Both the position numbers and the translations under genes were made by a program. From Candidatus Delongbacteria bacterium (GTDB lineage: Bacteria; UBA4055), in NCBI GenBank assembly GCA_016938275.1, contig JAFGUZ010000059.1, positions 9,977 to 73,976 on the forward strand: a stretch of 64,000 nucleotides of DNA, read 5' to 3'. Below, in pieces: positions 1 through 9,996 of this stretch. The notes below the pieces were generated by a model, which saw nothing but the letters and a program-made list of their open reading frames with translations, ran no database searches and was not told where the DNA came from. Position 1 is the first letter of the stretch; every line of letters begins with the position of its first letter.

Positions 1-452
1 ATAATATTGAATACATTGATAAACTAGGTGTAATTCTCGTTCGAAATGGCGATCCTGAAGTTAGGAAATCAATACTTGAATTTTCACTTAATAGTAAAAT
101 GCAACAATGGTATAAATATTTGAAGAGAATGTTTCCAATAAGGGATTCGAGAATAACTCTTCATATTTATGCTGCAATTTTGAACATTCCAAATAGTGAA
201 AACATTCTACACATGTTAAATATTTTTAATGTTAAAACAGGAATCGATCCTTTACTTCTACGCATATCATTTCTTGAACATCTCCACTATCTTTACTTTA
301 AAATGAATCCCGATGACTTACAAAATCTTTACAAAGCACTAAATAAGGTTTTCGAAATCCATGACGATAAAAGAGATGCTATCGTAAATGTTTTAAATAC
401 TTTGATTAGAAGAGCTGAAAATAAATTTAAAATCAATGAGGCTAAAATATGA
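1..452 (+). CDS. Hypothetical protein, 5'-truncated at window edge (reading frame open from nt 3 to the listed ATG at 99)
   Basis: The frame of ORF 99..452 has no stop codon back to position 3, so the gene starts upstream of the window. No recognisable motif. Its stop overlaps the next start (ATGA). Confidence 0.4.
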   Translation, partial: NIEYIDKLGVILVRNGDPEVRKSILEFSLNSKMQQWYKYLKRMFPIRDSRITLHIYAAILNIPNSENILHMLNIFNVKTGIDPLLLRISFLEHLHYLYFKMNPDDLQNLYKALNKVFEIHDDKRDAIVNVLNTLIRRAENKFKINEAKI

Positions 453-856
453 AGATTGAATGGAGTTCTGATTTTAAATTAGGACATGAGTTAATCGATA
501 TGCACCACGAAAGGTTAATAAATTTGTACAATTACCTTTTAGATAGAATAGACTTTTCGGACGTTTACAGTAAAGCAGTTAATGAATTAATAGATTATGC
601 TGACTATCATTTTAAGGAAGAGGAAAAGCTCATGATAGAAAATGATTATGTAGAATTTAAAGATCATAAAATTTTACATGATGCCTTTCTAAAAGATCTT
701 AAAGAGAACATTGTCAAAGCAGATAAAAACAATATTGATGAAATACTAATTTTTTTAAGAGCTTGGATAATAAATCATGTTTTGCATGTTGACAGGAAAC
801 TTGCTATCTTTTTAAGATCAAGTAATCAGTCAGGAAGAAAAACGTATATTATCTAG
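449..856 (+). CDS. Hemerythrin-like metal-binding protein (bacteriohemerythrin family)
   Basis: The N-terminus W-S-x-D-x-x-x-G-x-x-x-I-D-x-x-H and later H/E/D positions (HFKEEE, HVLHVD) match the hemerythrin HHE cation-binding pattern. The 135 aa size is typical. Confidence 0.7.
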   Translation: MKIEWSSDFKLGHELIDMHHERLINLYNYLLDRIDFSDVYSKAVNELIDYADYHFKEEEKLMIENDYVEFKDHKILHDAFLKDLKENIVKADKNNIDEILIFLRAWIINHVLHVDRKLAIFLRSSNQSGRKTYII

Positions 857-871
857 GAAAGGTGATTTTTT

Positions 872-2167
872 ATGAAAATACAAGTATTACTAATTTCTGA
901 AAATGAAGCAATCTGCAATAATTATTTGAGTCGCTTAAGCCAGGAAAATATTGATTTATTCACCATTAAACAAAATGAAAAATACAATAATGTCATAAGA
1001 AATCTCAGACCAGATGCAATTATAATCGATATGACAGGTTCACTAAAGATTGAGATTTTGGAAGATTTGAAAACGAATTTTCCTGATATTATAAGGATGC
1101 TTATTAGTAATTCCGCGAAAGATAAGAAAATTGTTCAAATTGTTTTTGAAGGGCTTGCTAAGACCGTATTCAATCCGATACCAGATATAAACACCTCTAT
1201 TAAGATAAAAAATATTCTACGAATCAGAAATGAGATTGATTCGGATGATGTAAAAGAGTTTATAATGGGTCTGGATACTTTGCCTTCTCTTCCAACGCTA
1301 TATCATGATCTAACACAAGCTCTTCGTGAAGATAAGGATATGAGTGTAATTGCAAAAATTATCAAAAAAGAACCCTCACTTGCTGCAGATATTTTAAAAA
1401 CAGTAAACTCCCCAGCTTATAACATCGAAACATCTTCCCTTCAAACTGCTCTTTCATTTTTAGGAATGAATTCTTTGAAAGATGTCATTGTTTCCTATTC
1501 ATCTTTTAATGAATCCATTGTTCCACCTAAGTCGATTCCATATTTAAAAATTTTGCAGGATCACTCCAGACTGTCAAACGATTATACCCACAAAATTTAC
1601 GAATTTCTTTTTAAAAAGAAAATTGATAAAGATAGTGCTTCAATTCCTCTAATTGGTAATATTGGTCTTGTTTTGCTTTTAAAAAGTGACCATAACAAAT
1701 TTGTTGAATATCTAGAACAACTAAAGGATTATTCTGAGTACAATTATGAACTTTTAGATGAGGAAATTTTCAATATGACTCACTCTAAACTTGGTGGATA
1801 TCTTTTCAATTGGTGGGAACTTCCAATCTTCACCACCGATGTTGTTCTCAATCACCATAAAGAGTTTATAATAAATCCAGACACTAGGGATTTGATAGAG
1901 GCATTTAACGCCGCAGATATTCTTGCCTGGAAAAAGCTAGGTTATTTAAAAAATGCTCACGTTGACGAAAGATATACGGATTGCTTCATGGATCCTGTAG
2001 AGTACAGAAAAAAAATGGAGCAAAAAGCAAAAGATGAACGTGAAAAAGCTGAAGCCGAAAACAGATTGAAATCAAGTGAACAAACGGACTCTTTAGAAGA
2101 AATAGCTAAAAAAGAGAAAGTAAAAAAGAAAAGTTTCTGGGCAAAGATTTTTCCATGGCTGAACTGA
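872..2167 (+). CDS. Signal-transduction protein with an N-terminal receiver-like domain and an HDOD domain, plus a Lys/Glu-rich C-terminal tail
   Basis: CheY-like N-terminus (VLLISENE..., DAIIIDMTG). Central LPSLPTLYHDLTQAL...IAKIIKKEPSLAADILKTVNSPAY is a typical HDOD signature. RBS AGGAAAGGTGA lies upstream. Confidence 0.7.
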   Translation: MKIQVLLISENEAICNNYLSRLSQENIDLFTIKQNEKYNNVIRNLRPDAIIIDMTGSLKIEILEDLKTNFPDIIRMLISNSAKDKKIVQIVFEGLAKTVFNPIPDINTSIKIKNILRIRNEIDSDDVKEFIMGLDTLPSLPTLYHDLTQALREDKDMSVIAKIIKKEPSLAADILKTVNSPAYNIETSSLQTALSFLGMNSLKDVIVSYSSFNESIVPPKSIPYLKILQDHSRLSNDYTHKIYEFLFKKKIDKDSASIPLIGNIGLVLLLKSDHNKFVEYLEQLKDYSEYNYELLDEEIFNMTHSKLGGYLFNWWELPIFTTDVVLNHHKEFIINPDTRDLIEAFNAADILAWKKLGYLKNAHVDERYTDCFMDPVEYRKKMEQKAKDEREKAEAENRLKSSEQTDSLEEIAKKEKVKKKSFWAKIFPWLN

Positions 2168-2694
2168 TAGATGAATATGATAAATATGGTAATTTAACCG
2201 GATTTTTTGGAGACCATCGAAGTGTAAAAATCAGAGGTAATTTCCATAGAATAGTTCAGGCTTTCATACTTAATGATAAATCTGAATTAATGTTGATAAA
2301 ACGATCTGATAAATTATTGCTTAGTCCCGGTCAATATGGTTTTCCTGGAGGGCATGTCGATCATGGCGAGAATAGCATAATGGCAATAGTTCGTGAACTA
2401 ATGGAAGAATTGGGAATTAGTATAGATCAAAATTCACTCATACCGCTTACATGTAAGAAAGTTTATTATAATATTTACAATATGACAGTAGCTTCGTTAA
2501 AAGAGATTTATTTGGTTTATTTGAATGAAAACTTTTTTAATATCAACACAAATGAAATAGATTCCTACACTTTCTTAGATATTGAAGATATTATTGTTAA
2601 AGCTGATAGTGTTGACCCGTTTTGTTCAATTCTAAAGAGGGATATTGATCTCTTGAAGTGCTTGAAAAATTACTTATATTACAAAAATCTATGA
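2155..2694 (+). CDS. NUDIX hydrolase
   Basis: Nudix box GFPGGHVDHGENSIMAIVRELMEELGI (G-x5-E-x7-R-E-x2-E-E-x-G). Confidence 0.75.
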   Translation: MAELIDEYDKYGNLTGFFGDHRSVKIRGNFHRIVQAFILNDKSELMLIKRSDKLLLSPGQYGFPGGHVDHGENSIMAIVRELMEELGISIDQNSLIPLTCKKVYYNIYNMTVASLKEIYLVYLNENFFNINTNEIDSYTFLDIEDIIVKADSVDPFCSILKRDIDLLKCLKNYLYYKNL

Positions 2695-3368
2695 TGGAAA
2701 AATTATACGAAGATGAAAATATAATCGCCTTTTTAAAGCCAAATGGTGTCGAGTTTCATAAAAATCAAAATTGTAAAAGCTTTGTTGATTTAATACGAGA
2801 TGAAAATAAAGTAGAAAATCTATATCCAGTTCATAGATTGGATAAGGAAACTTCAGGGATAATTTTATTTGCTAAAAATAGCCAAAGTGCAAGATTATTA
2901 TCAGACATAATTTCCATAGGTAAAATTGATAAATTCTACATAGCTGTATCCAGAATGAAACCGAAAAAAAGTATGGGCTTTGTGAAAGGGGACATAGTTA
3001 AGAGCAGATCTGGCTCATATAAATTATCACAATCTATGGAAAATCCATCATCAACTATTTTTGTTTCAAAAAAAATTGCAGATAAATACTTTTTTCTTGT
3101 GAAAATTTTAACTGGAAAAACCCACCAAATTCGGGTTGTTATGAAATCTTTGGGGTCTCCAATACTTGGAGATACAATTTATGGGAATGACCTAGCAAAT
3201 CGAATGTATCTCCATTCATGCAGATCATCTTTTCAGTATGAAGATAAAGTAATTGATATAGTGAACTTACCACACGAGTTTTCTTGTGAAATGTATAATA
3301 TATTTTGTGATTTATTATTGAAAATGAAAGAACATTTTACAAAGTATTTCATAATTCAAAATCCATAG
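2691..3368 (+). CDS. RluA-family pseudouridine synthase
   Basis: HRLDKETSGIILFAKN catalytic motif (HRLD...SG). The likely start is ATG 2691, which overlaps the NUDIX stop (ATGA); the ORF track lists an earlier in-frame ATG at 2658. Confidence 0.75.
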   Translation: MMEKLYEDENIIAFLKPNGVEFHKNQNCKSFVDLIRDENKVENLYPVHRLDKETSGIILFAKNSQSARLLSDIISIGKIDKFYIAVSRMKPKKSMGFVKGDIVKSRSGSYKLSQSMENPSSTIFVSKKIADKYFFLVKILTGKTHQIRVVMKSLGSPILGDTIYGNDLANRMYLHSCRSSFQYEDKVIDIVNLPHEFSCEMYNIFCDLLLKMKEHFTKYFIIQNP

Positions 3369-3458
3369 AACAATGTATTTACAGAATATTTAGCAACATC
3401 ACACCCTTACCACTTATATTTAATACTATAAATATAAAATTTATTGCATTGACAACTA

Positions 3459-3487
3459 ATTTTATTTTTTCTATTCTAATAGTTGCT
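3459..3487 (+). promoter_or_regulatory. Sigma70-type promoter (TTGACA-17-TATTCT) for the tricorn-like peptidase gene
   Basis: TTGACA at 3459-3464, 17-nt spacer, TATTCT at 3482-3487. GGGAGG RBS 6 nt before ATG 3514. Confidence 0.45.
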
Positions 3488-3513
3488 TGTTGAGGTTTAA
3501 ACTTATTGCATAG

Positions 3514-6500
3514 ATGGGAGGATCAATGCGAAGATTACTTTTGGTTTTCAGTATGTTACTTATCTGGATCAGCTCTTATGGATTTGAACCACATTTTATG
3601 AACAAACCGGTTGTATCTCCTGATGGAAACAATGTTTGTTTTGTATATGAAAATAACTTGTGGACTGTATCTTCTAAAGGTGGTGCAGCAAAAAGACTTA
3701 CAAACATAGATGGATATATTAACTATCCTATTTACTCGCCTGATGGAAAAAATATTGCATTTAACTGCACTAAAGATGGAATCTATGCAGCTTATATGAT
3801 ACCCGCAGATGGTGGTAAGGCCGAAAAGATTACCGATGAATCAGTTAATCTAATTGACTGGTACAGCAAAGGTAAAAAGCTTCTTGTTACTAAATGGGAA
3901 TACGATCTTGGCAGAACCTTTTACACTCTTGATCTAGATGGGAAAAGACCCGTGAGTATGAATAAAATTGGTGACAACATTTCTGACCTTTCCAATGATG
4001 ATTCAAAGATTGTATTTTCAAGATATGGCTATCCTGAAAGAGAGGAATATACTGGTTCGATGAATGGGGATTTGTATCTTTACAATTTAGACAATAAGGA
4101 ATACACACAGCTAACGAATACTGAGCTAACTGAAAGATATCCAAAGTTTTCAAGTGACAGTAAATATGTTTATTACGCTTACTCTGATGGAGATAATTTT
4201 CAGCTGTATCGATCAGAATTAGATGATTTTAATAAAAGAGAAAGATTAACATCTTTTGATAAATGGTCAGTGAGAAATCTTTCCAAAGCAAGAAACGTTG
4301 ATTTTTTTGTTTTTGAGTTATTTGATGAATTGTGGAGCTATGATTCTTCAACTGGAAAATCCGAAAAGATAAACATCGATATTAAAGAGGATCTCTACAA
4401 TGATTTCAACCATCATCTAACAGTAAGAAACGAGGCAAGTAATTTCCGTGTATCTAAAAACGGGAAAATTACAGTATTCAGTTATAGATACGATCTTTTT
4501 GCCGTTCCTACTGAAGGTGGAGACGTTATTCAATTGACTAAAAATCAAAATGGTATCGGCACTTTTGAGTTACTAAATGATAATAAAACAATCCTCTTTA
4601 CTTCGCTTGAAGATGGAACATGGAAACTTTTCAAACTAGCTATTGATAACCCAGACAAAATTGAAAAATTGAAATGGAGTGAAGATAAGTGGATTGAAGG
4701 TCTGGACAAGCAAAATGATGATGTAATTATAACTTACTCAGAATGGATTGGTTCTGATAAAAAAGCTATCTATGATAAGGATGGAAACATAAGTGTTCTT
4801 TCAGATAATGTTACATACTCAAACGTTACGATAGATCCAAATCGTGATTACGCCTTCTATTCCACAGTTTCTCCTGAAAATTATACTCATCATCTAGTAG
4901 CATGGGATTTTGATAAAGAAAAAGAAATTCCACTTCTTAATTATGATATGTGGGGCGGAGAGACAGTCCTTAGTCCTGACAATAAAACTTTATTCATCAA
5001 TCTTAATGGAGAGATAAAAAGAATAGATCTTTTTGAAAGAACTGATTATGATGTGAAGGAAGATAAATGGAAAAAAATCTTTGAAGAACTTCAGAAAAAA
5101 GATGAGAAAGATGATGAAGATAAGGATGATAAAGACAAAAAAGATAAAAAAGGTAAAAAAGATTCTGACGACGATAATAAAGTTGAAAAAATTAAACTAG
5201 ATCCGGAAAATATCTATTACAGAATGAAAAATGTTGTATCAGGTAAAGAGGGCTACAACAGTTTGTTCATGGTTCCAAATGATTCCACAGTTTACTTTTT
5301 GAATGTAAAAGATAAAGAAACTACTTTATGGAAATGTAATTTCGAAGGTAAAAGTGAAAAAGAAATTTTCAATTTTGGTAAAAATATAAATTCGATCTCA
5401 TACAACAAAGCTGAGGATGCAGTATACTATCTATCTGATGGCAGAATTAACAAATATGAGATGAAAGCTAAAAAAACAGAATCTGTAAAGTTCAAGTTTG
5501 ATTATGATTATAATGAAATTAGTCTCAATAAAAAAGCATTTGAAGAACTATGGGGAACTTTTGGAATCCGTTTCTATGACCATGATATGCACGGTAAAAA
5601 TTGGAAAGAACTTTACAATCTTTATCAAAAATATATGGAGTATAGTTATAACCCTGAAGTTCTTGGTACTGTTGGAAGAGAAATGATTGGTGACATTAAT
5701 GCTTCTCACAGTGAGTTTAGCTCTAGACCTAGTAACGAAAGAGGCGGAAGTGAAGCTGCAGCCTTAGGATGTGTTTTTGATTATACTGACAGACTTAAAG
5801 AAGGTATCAAAATTAAAAAAGTTTTTGAACAATCAAAGTTGAATAAACCAAATGGAATTAAACCAGGCGATGTTCTTATCTCCATTGATAGTGAAAAGAT
5901 TACTGAAAACAGCTCAATTCAAAAAATGCTTTTGAACAAAACTGGAAACAAAATCAAGCTGGTTTTTGATACAGAAAACGGAAACAAAGAGTTTGAAGTA
6001 AAGGGTATGTCTTTCTGGAAAGAATGGGGAATGCACTATAACAATTGGGTCATCGAAAGAACTAAGATGGTTGATGAGTGGAGTAATGGGAGAATTGGTT
6101 ATCTTCATATTGAAGGAATGGATTGGAAAAGCTATCGAAAATTTCTTCACGATCTTTGGGCTGAAAACATCGATAAAGAGGCTCTAATTATTGACGTCAG
6201 AAATAATGGCGGAGGTAATACTCACAATCAACTAATTGAACAATTGACTATTGCTGGTTATGCTTTAGAATCCAATAGAACTTTCGGAGGAAAAAAAGTT
6301 TCCACCCCGGTAGATATAAAAAGTAAACCAAAAGCACTCCTAATGAATGAAAACTCATTCTCAGATGCCGAAATTTTCCCACAGATTTTTAGAGAAATGG
6401 GTTTAGGTAAAATAATTGGTGTTGAAACCAGTGGTTACGTTATTGGTACCTGGGAGCATGAACTAATGGACGGTTCCCATATGAGACTTCCTGGTAATGG

Positions 6501-6645
6501 TTGGTTCAGAAAAGATGGTATAAATATGGAAGGTAATGGCGTTAAGCCAGATATTCCAGTCCGTCATACATTTGAGCAGATCATAAATGATGATGATAAA
6601 CAATTAAAAACTGCTGTAGATGAGTTATTAAAAGAGTTGAAATAG
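3514..6645 (+). CDS. Secreted S41-family peptidase with N-terminal TolB/WD40-like beta-propellers and a PDZ domain (tricorn-protease-like architecture)
   Basis: Signal peptide. Repeated SPDGxxxxF propeller motifs (VSPDGNNVCF, YSPDGKNIAF). PDZ-like segment GIKPGDVLISID. C-terminal S41 signature IIDVRNNGGGN and NENSFSDAEIF. A Lys/Asp-rich low-complexity insert lies at aa ~525-560. Confidence 0.55.
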   Translation: MGGSMRRLLLVFSMLLIWISSYGFEPHFMNKPVVSPDGNNVCFVYENNLWTVSSKGGAAKRLTNIDGYINYPIYSPDGKNIAFNCTKDGIYAAYMIPADGGKAEKITDESVNLIDWYSKGKKLLVTKWEYDLGRTFYTLDLDGKRPVSMNKIGDNISDLSNDDSKIVFSRYGYPEREEYTGSMNGDLYLYNLDNKEYTQLTNTELTERYPKFSSDSKYVYYAYSDGDNFQLYRSELDDFNKRERLTSFDKWSVRNLSKARNVDFFVFELFDELWSYDSSTGKSEKINIDIKEDLYNDFNHHLTVRNEASNFRVSKNGKITVFSYRYDLFAVPTEGGDVIQLTKNQNGIGTFELLNDNKTILFTSLEDGTWKLFKLAIDNPDKIEKLKWSEDKWIEGLDKQNDDVIITYSEWIGSDKKAIYDKDGNISVLSDNVTYSNVTIDPNRDYAFYSTVSPENYTHHLVAWDFDKEKEIPLLNYDMWGGETVLSPDNKTLFINLNGEIKRIDLFERTDYDVKEDKWKKIFEELQKKDEKDDEDKDDKDKKDKKGKKDSDDDNKVEKIKLDPENIYYRMKNVVSGKEGYNSLFMVPNDSTVYFLNVKDKETTLWKCNFEGKSEKEIFNFGKNINSISYNKAEDAVYYLSDGRINKYEMKAKKTESVKFKFDYDYNEISLNKKAFEELWGTFGIRFYDHDMHGKNWKELYNLYQKYMEYSYNPEVLGTVGREMIGDINASHSEFSSRPSNERGGSEAAALGCVFDYTDRLKEGIKIKKVFEQSKLNKPNGIKPGDVLISIDSEKITENSSIQKMLLNKTGNKIKLVFDTENGNKEFEVKGMSFWKEWGMHYNNWVIERTKMVDEWSNGRIGYLHIEGMDWKSYRKFLHDLWAENIDKEALIIDVRNNGGGNTHNQLIEQLTIAGYALESNRTFGGKKVSTPVDIKSKPKALLMNENSFSDAEIFPQIFREMGLGKIIGVETSGYVIGTWEHELMDGSHMRLPGNGWFRKDGINMEGNGVKPDIPVRHTFEQIINDDDKQLKTAVDELLKELK

Positions 6646-6651
6646 TATCAA

Positions 6652-6678
6652 AAAAGAGGGTTCGCCCTCTTTTTTTGA
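6652..6678 (+). terminator. Rho-independent terminator (AAGAGGG-TTCG-CCCTCTT followed by a T7 run)
   Basis: Perfect 7-bp stem with a tetraloop, followed by TTTTTTT, immediately after the 6645 stop. Confidence 0.65.
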
Positions 6679-6747
6679 TTAATTATAAAAATCTAAAAAT
6701 TTCTAAAGCCTGTAAATAACTTTTAATTTTTACTTTTGAGGTAAGTT

Positions 6748-8214
6748 ATGTTGATCATGAACAAAACATTATTTTTAACAATCTGCATAATATCCAACTT
6801 AAATAGTATTGTTGCCGATAATTTAATTTTTCCAAACAAAGTAATACCAAGTAAACTTCAGGTAGAATACCAAAAAATGGAAACAATTGGTTTCATACAT
6901 TTCACTGTAAACACTTTTACAGATAGAGAATGGGGATACGGTAACGAAGATCCAAAAATTTTCAATCCAAAAAAATTAGATGCAAAACAATGGGCTAGAA
7001 TAGCAAAAGATGGTGGCTTGAAAGAATTAATTTTAACTACAAAGCATCATGATGGCTTTTGTTTATGGCCAAGTAAATATACCGAACATAGTATTAAATT
7101 TTGTCCTTATAAAAATGGTAATGGTGATATAGTTCGCGAATTTGTAGATGCATGCAGGGAATATGATTTAAAGATTGGATTCTATTTATCTCCATGGGAT
7201 CGAAATCATAAGAAGTACGGAACAAGGGATTATGTTGAGTATTATAAAAATCAATTGGAAGAACTCTTGAGTCTATATGGTAGAATTGATGAAATCTGGT
7301 TTGATGGAGCAAATGGTGGTGATGGTTTTTATGGTGGAGCAAACGAAACAAGGGAAATTTATAGTAAAACATATTATGATTGGGATTCTATTTTTAAATT
7401 AGTTAAAAAACTGCAGCCTGAGATTATGATATTTTCTGATGCTGGTCCGGATGTTCATTGGATTGGAAATGAGAATGGTCATGCTGGTGAAACATTCTGG
7501 TCAACAATGGACACTGATAAAGTTATAATAGGAAATTCCGATGCAGACTATTTAAACAGAGGTGATAAAGATGGAAAGAACTGGGTTGTTGGTCAATGTG
7601 ATGTATCGATTAGACCAGGTTGGTTTTACCATTCAAAAGAAGATAATTTCGTTAAAACACCTCAAGAGTTAATAGATACATATTATAAATCTGTAGGAAG
7701 AAATGCTGTTCTTTTATTAAACTTACCACCTAATAATGATGGTTTGATTTGTGATAAGGACGCAAAAAACTTGCTTAAATTCAAAAGTATTATTGATGAA
7801 ACATTTGAAAATAATCTTGCCTTGGAAGCTGATATCTCAGCTACAAATTATAGAGAAAATGGTTTTGATATAAGGAATATTTTAAATGACAACCTCGATT
7901 CCTTTTGGGCTGTTGGTGATGAAGTCAAATCAGCAGAGCTTGTTTTTGATTTTGATCAAGAAGTTGAATTTGACAGAATACTTTTACAAGAGCCAATACA
8001 TTTAGGTCAACGAATTAGTAAATTTTGTGTGGAAAAACAGAAAAATTTAAAATGGGAAAGAGTATATGAAGGAACAACAATAGGTTACAAACGACTTGTT
8101 AGAATCCCTTTAGTAAAAGCATCAAAAATCAAAATCAGTTTCTTAGAAGCGAATAATACTATTGCAATTTCAAAAATTGGTATTTTTAAAGCTTCAAAGG
8201 ATGAAAACATATAG
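6748..8214 (+). CDS. Alpha-L-fucosidase (GH29) with a C-terminal F5/8 type C (discoidin-like) domain
   Basis: Signal peptide. The GH29 hallmark HHDGFCLWPSKYTEHS and downstream YLSPWD and IWFDGAN motifs. Confidence 0.85.
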   Translation: MLIMNKTLFLTICIISNLNSIVADNLIFPNKVIPSKLQVEYQKMETIGFIHFTVNTFTDREWGYGNEDPKIFNPKKLDAKQWARIAKDGGLKELILTTKHHDGFCLWPSKYTEHSIKFCPYKNGNGDIVREFVDACREYDLKIGFYLSPWDRNHKKYGTRDYVEYYKNQLEELLSLYGRIDEIWFDGANGGDGFYGGANETREIYSKTYYDWDSIFKLVKKLQPEIMIFSDAGPDVHWIGNENGHAGETFWSTMDTDKVIIGNSDADYLNRGDKDGKNWVVGQCDVSIRPGWFYHSKEDNFVKTPQELIDTYYKSVGRNAVLLLNLPPNNDGLICDKDAKNLLKFKSIIDETFENNLALEADISATNYRENGFDIRNILNDNLDSFWAVGDEVKSAELVFDFDQEVEFDRILLQEPIHLGQRISKFCVEKQKNLKWERVYEGTTIGYKRLVRIPLVKASKIKISFLEANNTIAISKIGIFKASKDENI

Positions 8215-8350
8215 ATATCTACTTCAAATTTTATACCTGTATACTCGCAACAATTTGGTTTTCGGTTTTCTCAAGTTAGTTTAGTCTATGATTATAAGTA
8301 TGAAAACCGAAGTTTGGAATACTCCAAGTATATATCCTTATTAGACATAC

Positions 8351-9388
8351 CTATTCAATAATCTCTTTTACAGCATCAATAGCACAATTAATATCTTTAT
8401 CACTTATCATATAGTGAGTTACAAATCTTACCTTCTGTTTTCCAATATCCAAAATATGCACACCACGATCCGATAATTTCTCGCAAAATGATTTAGCATC
8501 ACCATGCTTTTCATCTATATTCATGTAAAAAATATTTGTTCTTACCCTCTCCATATCAACATTGAGACCATCAATCCTATTTAATTCTTCTGCTAATCTG
8601 TAAGCTCTTTCATTGTCATATTTCAACAATTTACTAATCTTTTCAAGTGAAACAACTCCGCATGCAGCAAGTACTCCGGCTTGTCTCATTCCTCCACCGA
8701 GCAATTTTCTAATTCTTCGGGCTTTCTCTATAAAATCCGATGTCCCCACAAGAATCGAACCAACTGGTGAGGCAAGACCTTTAGATAGACACAACATGGC
8801 AGTATCAACAAATTCCAGTATTTCGTTGACAGGCTTATTTATAGCATGAGCGGCATTAAACAACCTTGCACCATCCAAATGAATTTTAAGATTTTGTTCT
8901 TTCGCAAAATCAGATACTATTTTATGATAATCTAGTTCAAGAGGCATACCATTGCATCGATTGTGAGTATTTTCAAGACAAATTAATCCTGTTTTAGGAT
9001 AATGAATATCGGGAGTTCTTACAGCATAGTAAAAATCATCAATTGAAATTGTCCCATCAGATTGATTCTTTAAAGTTCTTGGTATAAGCCCTGCGATACT
9101 CGAAATCCCTCCTTGTTCATAATAAAAAATATGGGATTGATCACCTAAAAACACCTCCTCTCCCCTATTACAATGAGTCATTAAAGCTATCAAATTTCCC
9201 ATAGTTCCAGAAGAGACAAATAAAGCTCTCTCTTTGCCAGTTACTTCAGCAGCTAAATCTTCTAATCTATTGACAGTAGGATCTTCACAAAAAACATCAT
9301 CACCAAGCTCACTATTAAACATTGCTTCACGCATCTCTTGAGTTGGTAAAGTAAAAGTATCGCTTCTAAAATCTAAACTCATAATCAA
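8351..9388 (-). CDS. ltaE: Low-specificity L-threonine aldolase
   Basis: FRSDTFTLPTQEMREAM...GDDVF...GTMGN...LENTHN...HLDGARLFNA...CLSKG...GGGMRQAG is collinear with E. coli LtaE along its whole length. Confidence 0.9.
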   Translation of the reverse strand: MIMSLDFRSDTFTLPTQEMREAMFNSELGDDVFCEDPTVNRLEDLAAEVTGKERALFVSSGTMGNLIALMTHCNRGEEVFLGDQSHIFYYEQGGISSIAGLIPRTLKNQSDGTISIDDFYYAVRTPDIHYPKTGLICLENTHNRCNGMPLELDYHKIVSDFAKEQNLKIHLDGARLFNAAHAINKPVNEILEFVDTAMLCLSKGLASPVGSILVGTSDFIEKARRIRKLLGGGMRQAGVLAACGVVSLEKISKLLKYDNERAYRLAEELNRIDGLNVDMERVRTNIFYMNIDEKHGDAKSFCEKLSDRGVHILDIGKQKVRFVTHYMISDKDINCAIDAVKEIIE

Positions 9389-9996
9389 TCCTCCATCATA
9401 GCTCTTATTTCATCATAATTATATTCAATTCCATGCTGAACAGAAAGGTAACTTGAAATCACTTCTTTTTTTAACCCATTTGATAACAAACCTTCTATAA
9501 GTTTTAGAAGATAAGGTTTTACTGGTCTATTCAAAATGAGTTCATCAATTTTTGGTGATGTAAAGGTTAAAACCGGATAATTATTTATAATATCAATTTC
9601 TAAAAGTTTTCCATAATCTAAATTAGCTAAAACATATTCATTCGTATAATTTTTCAGGTCCGAATATTTAGGAAAGTTAAGATAATCTGTTTTGTTTTCC
9701 TGTAAAACAATATCCTTAAATTGATCATAAGTGATCTTGTATAATCTAAACAAAACTTCTGAATCAGAATAAGGATTATAATAACATACACCACCGTTAT
9801 TCCATACAGGAGAACAACCCGCAAATTTTACAATACCCTTGTATTTCTTCACAAAAGATTCTTCAGGTTCTGATTTATCATGAGCTCCATTAAAATTATA
9901 AGCAGACCCTTCAGGCACACCACCCTTTATATAACACATGAATCTATTGTAAGATAAATTCGAACCATAACAAGCATAATATACATAATTTTTCAT
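9385..9996 (-). CDS. Hypothetical protein with an N-terminal gamma-glutamylcyclotransferase-like (AIG2/GGCT) motif
   Basis: N-terminal VYYACYGSNL resembles the GGCT-fold YFAYGSNL motif. The rest is unrecognised. It is translationally coupled to dprA upstream and ltaE downstream (4-nt overlaps). Confidence 0.35.
   Translation of the reverse strand: MKNYVYYACYGSNLSYNRFMCYIKGGVPEGSAYNFNGAHDKSEPEESFVKKYKGIVKFAGCSPVWNNGGVCYYNPYSDSEVLFRLYKITYDQFKDIVLQENKTDYLNFPKYSDLKNYTNEYVLANLDYGKLLEIDIINNYPVLTFTSPKIDELILNRPVKPYLLKLIEGLLSNGLKKEVISSYLSVQHGIEYNYDEIRAMMED

Noticed and set aside
3890-4153. Antisense or other-frame ORFs embedded in well-supported genes. Examples: 3890..4153-, 5498..5686+, 5914..6150-, 7094..7372-, 8613..8849+, 10945..11130+, 14285..14494+, 16837..17043-, 17235..17573-, 21398..21646+, 23925..24143+, 24752..24955+, 27430..28050+, 29454..29660+, 30596..30814+, 31180..31422+, 33093..33275+, 34086..34289-, 35694..35891-, 40906..41100+, 43956..44180+, 46324..46506+, 48768..48950+, 49840..50055+, 51505..51777+, 53075..54479+, 55139..55492+, 56890..57582-, 58591..58785+, 60010..60192+, 60883..61713-, 62345..63107+.
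   Set aside because: All are short (60-117 aa), lie wholly within longer ORFs that have clear homology-type motifs, have low-complexity or His/Ser/Leu-rich translations typical of AT-rich antisense frames, and lack RBS context.
8255-8325. Long-range inverted repeat (TTTCGGTTTTC ... GAAAACCGAAG) between convergent fucosidase and ltaE genes
   Set aside because: It could be a bidirectional terminator, but the 40-nt loop and lack of flanking U-runs make the call weak. It is not reported as a feature.
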